Under the pieces are notes generated by a model. The model searched no databases and had not been told where the DNA came from. It saw nothing but the letters and a program-made list of their open reading frames with translations. From Alphaproteobacteria bacterium (GTDB lineage: Bacteria; Pseudomonadota; Alphaproteobacteria; MPNO01), in NCBI GenBank assembly GCA_965248835.1, contig CBDFLJ010000001.1:1984001-2048000 (forward strand): a stretch of 64,000 nucleotides of DNA, given 5' to 3'. Made by a program: the position numbers and the translations under genes. Within the stretch, counting starts at the first letter, position 1; the number at the start of each line of letters is the position of its first letter. Below are positions 47,305 through 56,686 of this stretch, piece after piece.

Positions 47305-48048
47305 GGCACCTGGCCGAGCCGTCAGTGGCTGGTCGGCGAGCGGGCGGTCGACATGGCAACGCCGGGGCCTGTGCCGCAGCCGCTGACCTTCGAGGCGCGC
47401 CCGCAACAACTGACCATCGACGTCGGACGATCGGCACTGATCGTCGTCGACATGCAGAACGATTTCTGCGGACCGGGCGGCTGGCTGGATTCGCTGGGTG
47501 TCGACATCGCGCCCAACCGGGCGCCGATCAAGCCGCTGGCCCGGCTGGTGCCGGGGTTGCGCAGGGCGGGCATGCCGATCATCTGGCTCAACTGGGGCAA
47601 CCGCCCGGACCGGCTGAACATGACGCCGGGCGATCTGCGCATGTGCACACCGACGGGCGAGGGCATCGGCTTCGGCGACCCGCTGCCCGGCAGCGGCGCA
47701 CGGGTGCTGGAAAAGGACAGTTGGGCGGCCGCGGTGGTCGACGAACTGAAGCAGAAGCCGCAGGATATACGGGTCGACAAGCATCGCCTGAGCGGGTTCT
47801 GGGGCACCCAGCTCGACCCCATCCTGCGCAATATGGGCGTCAACTGCCTCCTGTTCGCCGGCGTCAACACCGACGTCTGCGTGATGTCGACGCTGCAGGA
47901 CGCCCAGTTCAACGGCTTCGGCTGCGTGCTGGTGGAGGATTGCTGCGGCACGACCAGCCCGGATTTCTGCACCCGGGCGACGGTCTGGCAGGTCGAGAAC
48001 ATTTACGGCTTCGTCTCGGACTCGGCGAAGATCCTGGCCGCGCTATAG
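47236..48048 (+). CDS. Isochorismatase-family cysteine hydrolase (biuret hydrolase/RutB-related)
   Basis: VVDMQNDFC, DKHRLSGF, GVNTDVCV (Asp-Lys-Cys triad). Confidence 0.9.
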   Translation: MNTSTPKQTSRPGRAVKPKMKPLGTWPSRQWLVGERAVDMATPGPVPQPLTFEARPQQLTIDVGRSALIVVDMQNDFCGPGGWLDSLGVDIAPNRAPIKPLARLVPGLRRAGMPIIWLNWGNRPDRLNMTPGDLRMCTPTGEGIGFGDPLPGSGARVLEKDSWAAAVVDELKQKPQDIRVDKHRLSGFWGTQLDPILRNMGVNCLLFAGVNTDVCVMSTLQDAQFNGFGCVLVEDCCGTTSPDFCTRATVWQVENIYGFVSDSAKILAAL

Positions 48049-48244
48049 GCCCGCGGTTCGGCAGCGTCTTGCCCCTTCCACGAAGCCGTCAACGCGCAAA
48101 TGTCGAGGTGGTGTTCCCGGCGACATGAACCAGGACACAATCTTGCGGCAGCGAGGAGGGCTTGTTACCGTGCTTGCCGACACAGGCGCACATCAAGCGG
48201 GCGCCAGGGCCGCCCAACAACAAGCAATTGGGAGGAAACGCAAC

Positions 48245-49480
48245 ATGTCCATCAAGCGTCGTTCATTCGTCAAGACCTCGGCTGCCGGCGCCGCGGCGCT
48301 GGCCGCGGGACCGTATTTCTGGCCGAAGGGAGCGTCGGCCGCCGACACCATCGTCGCCGGCGCGATCTACGACCTGTCTGGAGCGCTCCAACTCTTCGGC
48401 GTCAACCAGTGGGCCTGCGCCAAGATGGCGATCGACGAGATCAACGAGGCCGGCGGCGTGCTCGGCAAGAAGCTCGAGGTCAAGACCTACGATTCGCAGT
48501 CGCAGATGCAGTTCTACAACCAGTACGCCAAGAAGATGGCGCTGCGCGACAAGGCGGCAGTGGTCCAGGGCGGGCTGACGAGCTCCTCGCGCGAGGTGAT
48601 CCGTCCGCTGCTGAACCGGCTGAAGACGCTCTACATCTACAACACCAACTACGAAGGCGGCGTGTGCGACCGCAACTTCTTCTCCACCGGGGCGACACCG
48701 GGCGGCTATGTCGACCTGCTCTCGGGCGAGGCGATGAAGCGCTGGGGCAAGAGCGTCTACATCATGGCCGCGGACTACAATTACGGCCAGATCACCGCCA
48801 AATGGATCCGCAAGGCGGTCAAGGACGCCGGCGGCAAGGTGGTGGGCGAGGAGTTCTTCCCGCTCGACGTCAACCAGTTCGGCCCGACGATCAGCAAGAT
48901 CCAGGCGGCCAAGCCCGACTTCGTGATGAACGTCTTCGTCGGCCCGGCGCACGCCTCGTTCTACGGCCAGTGGGCGGCCGCGGGCATGAACAAGCGTATC
49001 CCGATGGTGTCCACCACCTTCGGCGCGAGCGGCGAGGTGGTGCGTATGCCGCCGGAAATCGCCGACGGCATTCTCACCTGCTATTCCTATTACGAGGACC
49101 TTGACCTGCCGTTCAACAAGACCTGGCTTGCCAAGTTCCGCCAGCGCAACGGCACCGACTACGGCTATCTGACCGACGTGCCGCCCAAGGACTGGTACGG
49201 CTGGCACATGTGGGCCGCGGCGGCCAACAAAGCCGGCTCGGTCGACCGCGAAAAGGTGATCGAGGCGCTGGAGGGCCTGACCATCGACGGCCCCGGCGGG
49301 CCGTTGACGATGGACAAGACGACCCACCACTGCTCGATGGACATGTATATCGGCCAGGCCAAGGGCGGGAAATTCGAGATCCAGAAGAAGTTCGCGAAGA
49401 TCCCGCCGACCAACACCGGCAACCAGTGCGACCTGGTCGCCCGGCCCGGCACCAACATCATGTACGAGCCCAAGATCTGA
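48245..49480 (+). CDS. Amide/urea-type ABC substrate-binding protein (AmiC/UrtA-like), Tat-exported
   Basis: KRRSFVK Tat motif, GGLTSSSRE, YEGGVCDRN, ADYNYGQ. Confidence 0.88.
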   Translation: MSIKRRSFVKTSAAGAAALAAGPYFWPKGASAADTIVAGAIYDLSGALQLFGVNQWACAKMAIDEINEAGGVLGKKLEVKTYDSQSQMQFYNQYAKKMALRDKAAVVQGGLTSSSREVIRPLLNRLKTLYIYNTNYEGGVCDRNFFSTGATPGGYVDLLSGEAMKRWGKSVYIMAADYNYGQITAKWIRKAVKDAGGKVVGEEFFPLDVNQFGPTISKIQAAKPDFVMNVFVGPAHASFYGQWAAAGMNKRIPMVSTTFGASGEVVRMPPEIADGILTCYSYYEDLDLPFNKTWLAKFRQRNGTDYGYLTDVPPKDWYGWHMWAAAANKAGSVDREKVIEALEGLTIDGPGGPLTMDKTTHHCSMDMYIGQAKGGKFEIQKKFAKIPPTNTGNQCDLVARPGTNIMYEPKI

Positions 49481-49487
49481 TCTCCAG

Positions 49488-49525
49488 CCCACTGACGCCC
49501 GCCGCAATCGGCGGGCGTCAGTGGG
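49488..49525. terminator. 17-bp perfect hairpin between convergent genes
   Basis: CCCACTGACGCCCGCCG-caat-CGGCGGGCGTCAGTGGG. Confidence 0.7.
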
Positions 49526-51215
49526 TGTCGAAGACCTCCTGATAGAGCTCGATCGCGGCGTGGATCGCCGACAACTCGGCTTGCGTCGGGTTGTCGGGAT
49601 CGGACGCGGCAGGCAGGCTGCCGAACTTCATCAAGCTGGCCATCAGCAACAGCCGCGCCTTGGTGGCGGTCAGGTTCGCGCCCGAGATGTGGCAGGGGTC
49701 GTAATCCGCCCACCCCTGGGGCTTGCCGCGCCCGACGCGGACCACCGGCAGGCCGCACATCACCGCCTTGAGCATCGCCCTGCGGCGCGCCTCCGAGGTC
49801 GGCAAGCCGTAGGGCACGAGCCCCTCATAGACGAAGCCGGCCAGCCGCCCGAGCCCGAGCTTGTGGTCGATCGAGGCGATCAGATCGGCCTCGATCGCGG
49901 GATCGTCGCCGACTTCGAGCCCGGCATAGCCGCCGTCCTTGACGATCGAGACCACGGGCACCGCATCGCCGCGCAGCTTGCCGTCCGCGTCCTTCACCGC
50001 GACCGCGATGCGTTCGATCCCGTTGCCGCCCCGGCGGACCGCGCCGGTCGTCTCGGGCAGACGTGTGAGGTTCACCTCCGAGAGATAGGTGTGCTTATAG
50101 ACCGGTAGATAGGTCATCATGATCCGGCCGGTATAGTGGATCTGGCCGATGATCCCGCCGTGGCCGCCGGTCGCGACATAGCCGCCCGGGCGCGCATCGA
50201 CCTTGGCGACCTCGCGGCCGGCGAAGATCTGCTGTTCCTGGATGACCACCGAGCCGCAGCGGTCGCGGCCCTCTTCATCGGCCCAGATGCGCGATGAGAT
50301 GTAGCGCACCGAATCGACGATGTTCGCCGGCCCGTCATTGCTGATCTGGCCCTGCGGGCGCTGGGCGGCGTTGCCGCAGATCGGCCGGGCGGTGTCGATC
50401 AGCAGGTTGAACCAATAGGCGCTGTCCTCGACATCGGGGCTGCCTTGGGTCCAGATCACCCCGTCATAGGCGCCGCCCGACGCCAGGGCCTGCATGTCAT
50501 TGGTCGCCTTGGCCAGCATCGGCCGGGTCGGCGCCGAGGTCAGGTGGAAGGGCTTGTAGGGGTAGAAGTGCTCGCCCCGGCGCTCGGGCGGGATGTCCCC
50601 CTCGCCGACATCGGCGCGCAGGTGGGCCGGCAGACCCTTCTTGAAGCCGCCCGGCGGCACGCCACGGTAGAAATCGACCTCGGCGCGCGAGGAAATCATG
50701 CTGGCATGGCCGGCATCATCGACCGACAGCCGGTCGATCTCCTCGAAGCTGCGCGAGCCGTCGGGGAAGAAGCCCTGGCGGGCCCCCTCCTCGGGCGCGC
50801 CGGGATGGGTGCACTCCTCTTCCCAGGCCTCGCCGTCGGCCTGGCGCGCCATGTAGGGCAGCGGATAGAGCCCGTCCTCGGGCCGGAGCTCGATCTCGTA
50901 GACCGGTTTGTCCTCGGCGGCCTGGCGTTCGCTGTGGAAGACGCCGTCGGCGCCTATGAAGCCGTCCGGCAGCCCGTAGAGCTCCGCCGCATCGGCCTCC
51001 AGCGGATGGGCCGAGAACTGCTCGACATAGACAGTCGCCGGCGCCGCAAGGCGTTGGGCGCGCAAGGCATCGAACTTGTGCGGCGTTCCGTCTGCGGCGC
51101 TCAGCAACTTCAGGCCGTGCCTGGCGCGCGCCTTGTTGGAGGTCACCAGCGGCGGCGTGTTCTGGATCGTCGCCAACGGCCCGGCCAGGTGTGCAATGCG
51201 GACTTTTTCGGACAT
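49518..51215 (-). CDS. Asparaginase-domain protein with atypical catalytic motifs
   Basis: YDGVIWTQGSP..EDSAYW, SNDGPANI, NLTATKARLLLM. Confidence 0.75.
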   Translation of the reverse strand: MSEKVRIAHLAGPLATIQNTPPLVTSNKARARHGLKLLSAADGTPHKFDALRAQRLAAPATVYVEQFSAHPLEADAAELYGLPDGFIGADGVFHSERQAAEDKPVYEIELRPEDGLYPLPYMARQADGEAWEEECTHPGAPEEGARQGFFPDGSRSFEEIDRLSVDDAGHASMISSRAEVDFYRGVPPGGFKKGLPAHLRADVGEGDIPPERRGEHFYPYKPFHLTSAPTRPMLAKATNDMQALASGGAYDGVIWTQGSPDVEDSAYWFNLLIDTARPICGNAAQRPQGQISNDGPANIVDSVRYISSRIWADEEGRDRCGSVVIQEQQIFAGREVAKVDARPGGYVATGGHGGIIGQIHYTGRIMMTYLPVYKHTYLSEVNLTRLPETTGAVRRGGNGIERIAVAVKDADGKLRGDAVPVVSIVKDGGYAGLEVGDDPAIEADLIASIDHKLGLGRLAGFVYEGLVPYGLPTSEARRRAMLKAVMCGLPVVRVGRGKPQGWADYDPCHISGANLTATKARLLLMASLMKFGSLPAASDPDNPTQAELSAIHAAIELYQEVFDTH

Positions 51216-51309
51216 CGCTCGACTCCCCCTGTTTCAGGCGGAGTCTAGGGCGGTGGCGAGAAGCAGCGCAACAACGCATGACCGCGGCCCGACCGGCACC
51301 GTCGGCGTT

Positions 51310-51621
51310 TCACGGCCAGACCTGAAGATAGCCGAAGCCCTCTCGCGCGGACGTGGTGCCGAAATGGGCGTCGTACTCCCCGCGCAGGGTCTTCAGGTGG
51401 TCGGAGTCCATGAAGGCCTCGAAGATCTCCTGGCTCGCGAACTCGTAGACGGCGACATATTGCCACTTCTCATCGCCCATGATGCGCTTGTAGCGCCGGG
51501 CGCTGACCGCGCCGTTATATTGCAGCAATTGCGCGGCGTGTTCGTTGTTGTACCAGTCGTTGAAGGCCTCTTCCTGGTCGGCTTCGATGGTCGCCTTGAC
51601 GACGAAGACGGCGATCGCCAT
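51310..51621 (-). CDS. Small dimeric alpha+beta barrel protein (DUF4286/EthD-like)
   Basis: EEAFNDWYNNEH, SARRY, YVAVYEF. Confidence 0.75.
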   Translation of the reverse strand: MAIAVFVVKATIEADQEEAFNDWYNNEHAAQLLQYNGAVSARRYKRIMGDEKWQYVAVYEFASQEIFEAFMDSDHLKTLRGEYDAHFGTTSAREGFGYLQVWP

Positions 51622-51642
51622 GGGGGGGCTCCCTGGTTGGTC

Positions 51643-52854
51643 TCACGCTGCCCCACCGGCGAGCCGGGCCAGCGGGCGGTCGGGGATCGGCAGGTGAATC
51701 AGCGTGGCGGCGAACCCCGCGAGGATGGCAAAGGTCCAGATCGGGTCGTACGAGCCGGTCAGGTCGAACGACCTGCCGCCCAGCCAGACGCCGAGGAAGC
51801 TGCCGGTCTGGTGGCTCAGGAAGGCAACGGCGGCGAGCGTCGCCATGTAGCGCGGCCCGAAGATATGGGCGATCAGGCCCATGGTCAGGGGCACCGTGCT
51901 GAGCCACAACAGACCCATCGCCGCAGCGAAGACGATCACGCTGGTTTCCGACAGCGGCGCCGAGAGGAAGGCCAGCATCACCAGGCTCCTGATGGCGTAG
52001 ATGCCGCTCAGCAGGAATTTCACCCTGTAGCGGTCGCCCAGGCGTCCGGCGATCAGCGTACCGAACAGGTTGAACAGCCCGATGGTCGCGATTGCCGCCG
52101 CGCCGAGCCCCACGGGAAGACCGCCGTCGGTCAGATAGGCCGGGAGGTGGGTGGCGATGAACTGGACCTGGAGCCCGCAGACGAAATAGCCGCTGACCAG
52201 CATCACATAGCCGCGGTGGCCGGCAGCCTCGCGCAGCGCCTCGCCGAGGCTCTGCTGGGTCGTCTTGGCGAGCGCGGACGCGGTGCCGGCCCTCAGCGAC
52301 AGCGCCACCGGAACGGCGAGGAACATGGCAACCGCCATCGCCATAAACGCGCCGCGCCAGTCGAAGGCCGTGATCATCACCTGGGCGGCCGGGACGAAGA
52401 CGAACTGGCCCATCGTGCCGCCGGCGGCGGTGATCCCGAGCCAGGTCGTGCGCCGGTCATCGGGCGCGATCCGCCCGATCGTGGCGATCATCAGGCTGAG
52501 CCCGCACGCGCTCATCCCGATGCCCATCAGGAACCCCGTCCCCAGCAGGAACTCGGTCTGGGTCGAGATTTGCGAGGACATGGCGAGGCCCACCGCACCC
52601 ACGAAAGCCCCGGCGGCGATGACCCGGATGGGCCCCCATCGGTCGGCGATCATCGCGACCACGGGCGCTGCAAGGCCGATCACCAGGCTTTGCGTGGCGA
52701 TCGCGATCGAGATCGACTCGCGGCCCCAACCCAGATCGATGCTGACCGGCCGGACGAACAATCCGAACGACTGGCGGATGCCGGCCGTGACCAGCAGGAT
52801 GCAGGTCGCGCCGAACAGGACGAAGACCGGTGTCCGCCAGAACGCTCCAACCAC
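51643..52854 (-). CDS. MFS transporter
   Basis: GIRQSFGLF, YFVCGLQVQFIATHLPAY, HQTGSFLGVWLGG. Confidence 0.92.
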   Translation of the reverse strand: MVGAFWRTPVFVLFGATCILLVTAGIRQSFGLFVRPVSIDLGWGRESISIAIATQSLVIGLAAPVVAMIADRWGPIRVIAAGAFVGAVGLAMSSQISTQTEFLLGTGFLMGIGMSACGLSLMIATIGRIAPDDRRTTWLGITAAGGTMGQFVFVPAAQVMITAFDWRGAFMAMAVAMFLAVPVALSLRAGTASALAKTTQQSLGEALREAAGHRGYVMLVSGYFVCGLQVQFIATHLPAYLTDGGLPVGLGAAAIATIGLFNLFGTLIAGRLGDRYRVKFLLSGIYAIRSLVMLAFLSAPLSETSVIVFAAAMGLLWLSTVPLTMGLIAHIFGPRYMATLAAVAFLSHQTGSFLGVWLGGRSFDLTGSYDPIWTFAILAGFAATLIHLPIPDRPLARLAGGAA

Positions 52855-53007
52855 GACAGGATCTCCGAATCGGGTTTTCTACGCCACTCTATACAAGCCG
52901 GCCGATCTGCGCTTGACTTCATGGACGGCTGGGAGAAGGACGGGGCCCGACAAGGCGCCTGCCCTCCTCACCGCGCAGAGCCGATCCGCTCAAACCGGGA
53001 GAGACCG

Positions 53008-54129
53008 ATGGCCAAGCCCCGTATCGTCGATGCCGACGGCCATGTCTTCGAGGACACGGCCGCGATGGGCAAGCGCATGCCCAGGGTGTACCGCGACTGG
53101 AAATACGCCCACGGGATCTTCGCCAACCAGCCATGGTTCCCGCCGCTCGGCCATCTGCACACCCCGACCGGCACCAACCCGCCCGGTGCCTTCGGCGACG
53201 GCAAGCCGGTGGGCGTCGAGGCGTGGATGGCCTTCATCGAGGCCACCGGTATCGACAGCGCGGTGCTGTTCCCGACCAACGGGCTGACCATGGGCCACAT
53301 CGCCAACGCCGACTACGCGATCGCGGTCGCCAGGGCCTACAATGACTGGTTGGCCGAGACCTATGTCGACCGCTCCGAGGTGTTCAAGGGCATGGGGCTG
53401 ATCGCCCAGCAGGAGCCCGAAGCGGCGGTCGAGGAGCTCAGGCGCTGCATCGTCGAGCTCAAGATGACCGGCGTCATGCTCGCCGGCACCGGGATCAAGG
53501 GCAATCTCGGCTCCAAGGAGTACTGGCCGATCTATGCCGAGGCCGAGCGGCTGGGCTGCCCGCTGGCGGTCCATGCCGGCAACCATATCAATCTGGGCAT
53601 GGACGCGATGAATGTCTTCGCGCCGGCGCATGCGATCGGCCATCCGCTGGCGATGATGATCGGCCTGGGCGGGCTGGTGTTCAACGGCGTATTCGACAAG
53701 TTCCCGGCCCTCAGGTTCGGCTTCCTCGAGGGCGGCGTGGCGTGGCTGCTGTTCTGCATCGAGCGTTTCGATTCGAGCCACGAGAACTTCAAGCCGCTCG
53801 ACTGGCGCGGTGACCTGCTCAAGCTCGCGAACGGCCAGTCGGTCGGGGACTACGTGCTGGGGCTGATCGACGGGGGCCGGATCTTCGTCGGCGCGGAGGG
53901 CGACGAGTTCATGCTGGCCGCGGCGATCAAGGCCGTCGGCAACGCGCCCTTCATGTTCTCCTCGGACTTCCCCCACGAGGTCAACATCGAGAAGTGCCTG
54001 CACCATCTCGAGGAAATCTTCGAGAACGCGGAGCTGAGCGATGACGACCGCGACGCGATCCTGCACGCCAACGCCGAGCGGTTCTACGCCACAAGGCCGG
54101 CCGCCGCGGGCCAGGCCGCGGCGGAGTAG
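53008..54129 (+). CDS. Amidohydrolase_2 family protein
   Basis: IVDADGH, LAVH, FLEGG, FSSDFPH, NAERFY. Confidence 0.92.
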   Translation: MAKPRIVDADGHVFEDTAAMGKRMPRVYRDWKYAHGIFANQPWFPPLGHLHTPTGTNPPGAFGDGKPVGVEAWMAFIEATGIDSAVLFPTNGLTMGHIANADYAIAVARAYNDWLAETYVDRSEVFKGMGLIAQQEPEAAVEELRRCIVELKMTGVMLAGTGIKGNLGSKEYWPIYAEAERLGCPLAVHAGNHINLGMDAMNVFAPAHAIGHPLAMMIGLGGLVFNGVFDKFPALRFGFLEGGVAWLLFCIERFDSSHENFKPLDWRGDLLKLANGQSVGDYVLGLIDGGRIFVGAEGDEFMLAAAIKAVGNAPFMFSSDFPHEVNIEKCLHHLEEIFENAELSDDDRDAILHANAERFYATRPAAAGQAAAE

Positions 54130-54169
54130 GCGACTGGGCGAGCAGGGCGGGGCGACGGAACGGGCATGG

Positions 54170-54226
54170 ATCGTCGATAGCAGCAGCCATGTCTTCGAAG
54201 ATACCCGAGTGATGGCCAGGCATGCC
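54170..54226 (+). pseudogene. Degenerate copy of the amidohydrolase 5' end
   Basis: IVDSSSHVFEDTRVMA versus IVDADGHVFEDTAAMG (53023-53081); nucleotide similarity is visible. Confidence 0.65.
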
Positions 54227-54524
54227 GCAAGCCTACGGCGGTCGGGTCTATCCGGGCAGGTGGCTGATGCCGATGCAGGAGCTGGCGGCGGCGTGGTCTC
54301 TTGGACCAGTTGGACGCCAAACGTCGAGGTTCGATCGCCACACGGGCCGATTTTGGAATCGTGAAACGGCAAAGCCGTTCCGACCGTGATTTCCTCGTTC
54401 GGACGATTGAATATACCCTGAATGCCCCATTCCGATTTCGCACGATCCCAGATGTATAACAAAATTACAGGGTTATAAAACAATCTTGATATAATTTGAA
54501 AATTTTGGTAGAAAGCTTCTTACG

Positions 54525-55703
54525 ATGGACCCTGTATGCAACCCATTTGCGCCAGGCGCGGGCTCTCAACCTCCTGAGTTGGCAGGCCGTGACGAGATAA
54601 TCAGCGATGCTGAGATTGCCTTAAAGCGAGTCTTGGAGGGAAGGCATCACACCTCTCAAATCCTGTTGGGGCTTCGCGGAACCGGTAAGACAGTCCTACT
54701 AAATAGAATCGAGCAAATGGCTGAATCATTGGGCCATGAAACCTCATTTATCGAAGCGCCGGAGGACAAATCACTCGCCGATTTGCTCTACCCTAGGATC
54801 GCTCGATCTCTGCGTAGATTATCGACGATCGAGAACGCCAGAACCGCTGTACATTCCGCGATGCGGGCCTTGCGTGGATTTGCCAGCGCGTTTCGGATCT
54901 CGGTCGGCGATGTCGCGATTTCCGTGGATCCGGAACCAGGTGCCGCGGACAGCGGAAACTTGGAGTATGACTTGAGCGAGCTATTCGATCGCATCGGTCT
55001 GGCCGCCAAATCGGCAAACAAAGCATGGACGCTGTTGATCGATGAGGTCCAATACCTAGCGGAGGAAGATCTCTCTGCGCTGATTGTCTCAATACATCGG
55101 GTCAATCAACGTCAATTACCAATTATATTTTTTGGTGCGGGCTTGCCGCAGACTGCTGCTCTATCAGGCAATGCTAAATCTTATGCGGAGAGACTATTCA
55201 GCTATCCTCCCGTCGGCCCTCTAGATAATTCCGCTGCTATTTCTGCCATTAGACAGCCGATTATAAGCCAAGGTGAGAATATAACGGATGAGGCTCTCGA
55301 ATTGATTTTTGAAAAAACTGAAAACTATCCATATTTTCTCCAAGAATGGGGATATCAAGCATGGAACATTGCCGATGCGTCGCCGATCGATGCGAGAGAC
55401 ATTCACGGCGCGTCTTCGGCAGCACTTCGCCGGCTCGATGAAGGTTTCTTCCGTGTTCGCTTTGATCGACTTACGCCGAAGGAACGCGAGTACGTGATCG
55501 CAATGGCGAATCTCGGAAGCGGGCCCTATAGATCGTCGGATGTCGCTGATGCCCTCGGCGAACGCCTCCAATCTCTGGGCCCGCGTCGGGCGAAGATCAT
55601 CAACAAAGGCATGATATACAGCCCAGCCTATGGCGACGTTACATTCACCGTTCCAATGTTCGACGACTACCTAAGGCGCACCACAGATGCTTCCGCCGCG
55701 TAG
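54525..55703 (+). CDS. AAA-family ATPase with C-terminal winged helix
   Basis: NPFAPGAG..GRD, Walker A GLRGTGKT, Walker B LLIDEVQ, wHTH-like C-terminus; AT-richer than flanks. Confidence 0.88.
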   Translation: MDPVCNPFAPGAGSQPPELAGRDEIISDAEIALKRVLEGRHHTSQILLGLRGTGKTVLLNRIEQMAESLGHETSFIEAPEDKSLADLLYPRIARSLRRLSTIENARTAVHSAMRALRGFASAFRISVGDVAISVDPEPGAADSGNLEYDLSELFDRIGLAAKSANKAWTLLIDEVQYLAEEDLSALIVSIHRVNQRQLPIIFFGAGLPQTAALSGNAKSYAERLFSYPPVGPLDNSAAISAIRQPIISQGENITDEALELIFEKTENYPYFLQEWGYQAWNIADASPIDARDIHGASSAALRRLDEGFFRVRFDRLTPKEREYVIAMANLGSGPYRSSDVADALGERLQSLGPRRAKIINKGMIYSPAYGDVTFTVPMFDDYLRRTTDASAA

Positions 55704-55826
55704 AGCGAAACCGACTCAGACGGCGTGGGCGGGCCTCGAGCCCAGGCAACGAGAGCTGACGCAGCACGTCCCCGTCACGGAAGCGAAACCACTAATGATC
55801 TGCAGCCACGGCGACACTCGCGCGCG

Positions 55827-56633
55827 TTACAACCCCAGCACGTCGGCCATCGTGTAGACCCCGGGGGCGCGGCCGGGCGTCCACAGCGCGGCATGGACTG
55901 CGCCGCGCGAGAAGATGCGCCGCGAGGACGCCTTGTGGGTGAGTTCCAGCCGCTCGCCCTCGATCGCGAAGACCACCGAATGATCACCCACCACGTCGCC
56001 GCCTCGCAGCACCGCGAAGCCGATGTCGCCCTGATTGCGCGCGCCGGTATGGCCGTGGCGCGTCATCTGGGAAACCGTGTCGAGATCGACCCCGCGCCCG
56101 GCGGCCGCCGCCCGGCCGAGCCCGAGCGCGGTGCCCGATGGCGCATCGACCTTGTGCTTGTGGTGCATTTCGACGATCTCGATGTCGAAACGGTCATCGA
56201 GCAGGGAAGCGACCTGTCTGGTCAGCGCGAACAGGATATTGACGGCAAGGCTCATGTTGGGAGCAACGACGATCGGCGCGGTCTTGCCCGCCTCGGCGAT
56301 CGCGGCCTCGTGCTCGGCGCTGAAGCCGGTGGTGCCGATGACGTGCGCGGTCCGCGCTTGCGCGGCCAGCGCGGCATGGCGCGCTGTCGCCTCGGGCAGG
56401 GCGAACTCGATGACCACCGCGGCGCGCTCGAAGACCGCCGCCGGGTCGGCGCCGATGCTCACCCCTACCGTGCCCAGCCCCGCGACCTCGCCCACGTCGC
56501 GGCCGATCGCCGGATGGCCCGGCCCCTCGGCGGCCGCGGCGATCACGCATCCGTCGGTCTCGAAAATCTCCCGGGCGACGGTCGTTCCCATCCGCCCGCC
56601 GGCCCCGATCACCCCGATCGCCAAATCCGCCAT
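55827..56633 (-). CDS. dapB: 4-hydroxy-tetrahydrodipicolinate reductase
   Basis: GAGGRMG, GTTG, EMHHKHKVDAPSGTA. Confidence 0.96.
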   Translation of the reverse strand: MADLAIGVIGAGGRMGTTVAREIFETDGCVIAAAAEGPGHPAIGRDVGEVAGLGTVGVSIGADPAAVFERAAVVIEFALPEATARHAALAAQARTAHVIGTTGFSAEHEAAIAEAGKTAPIVVAPNMSLAVNILFALTRQVASLLDDRFDIEIVEMHHKHKVDAPSGTALGLGRAAAAGRGVDLDTVSQMTRHGHTGARNQGDIGFAVLRGGDVVGDHSVVFAIEGERLELTHKASSRRIFSRGAVHAALWTPGRAPGVYTMADVLGL

Positions 56634-56686
56634 CGCCTGCCTCTCTCGCCCCGAAGTCTGTTCCAATCCGATCGGGTCAGCCCGGC

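Noticed and set aside
51076-54129. 1017-aa ORF suggesting a giant amidohydrolase fusion
   Set aside because: The first ~640 aa are the antisense shadow of the MFS and barrel genes; the real start is ATG 53008.
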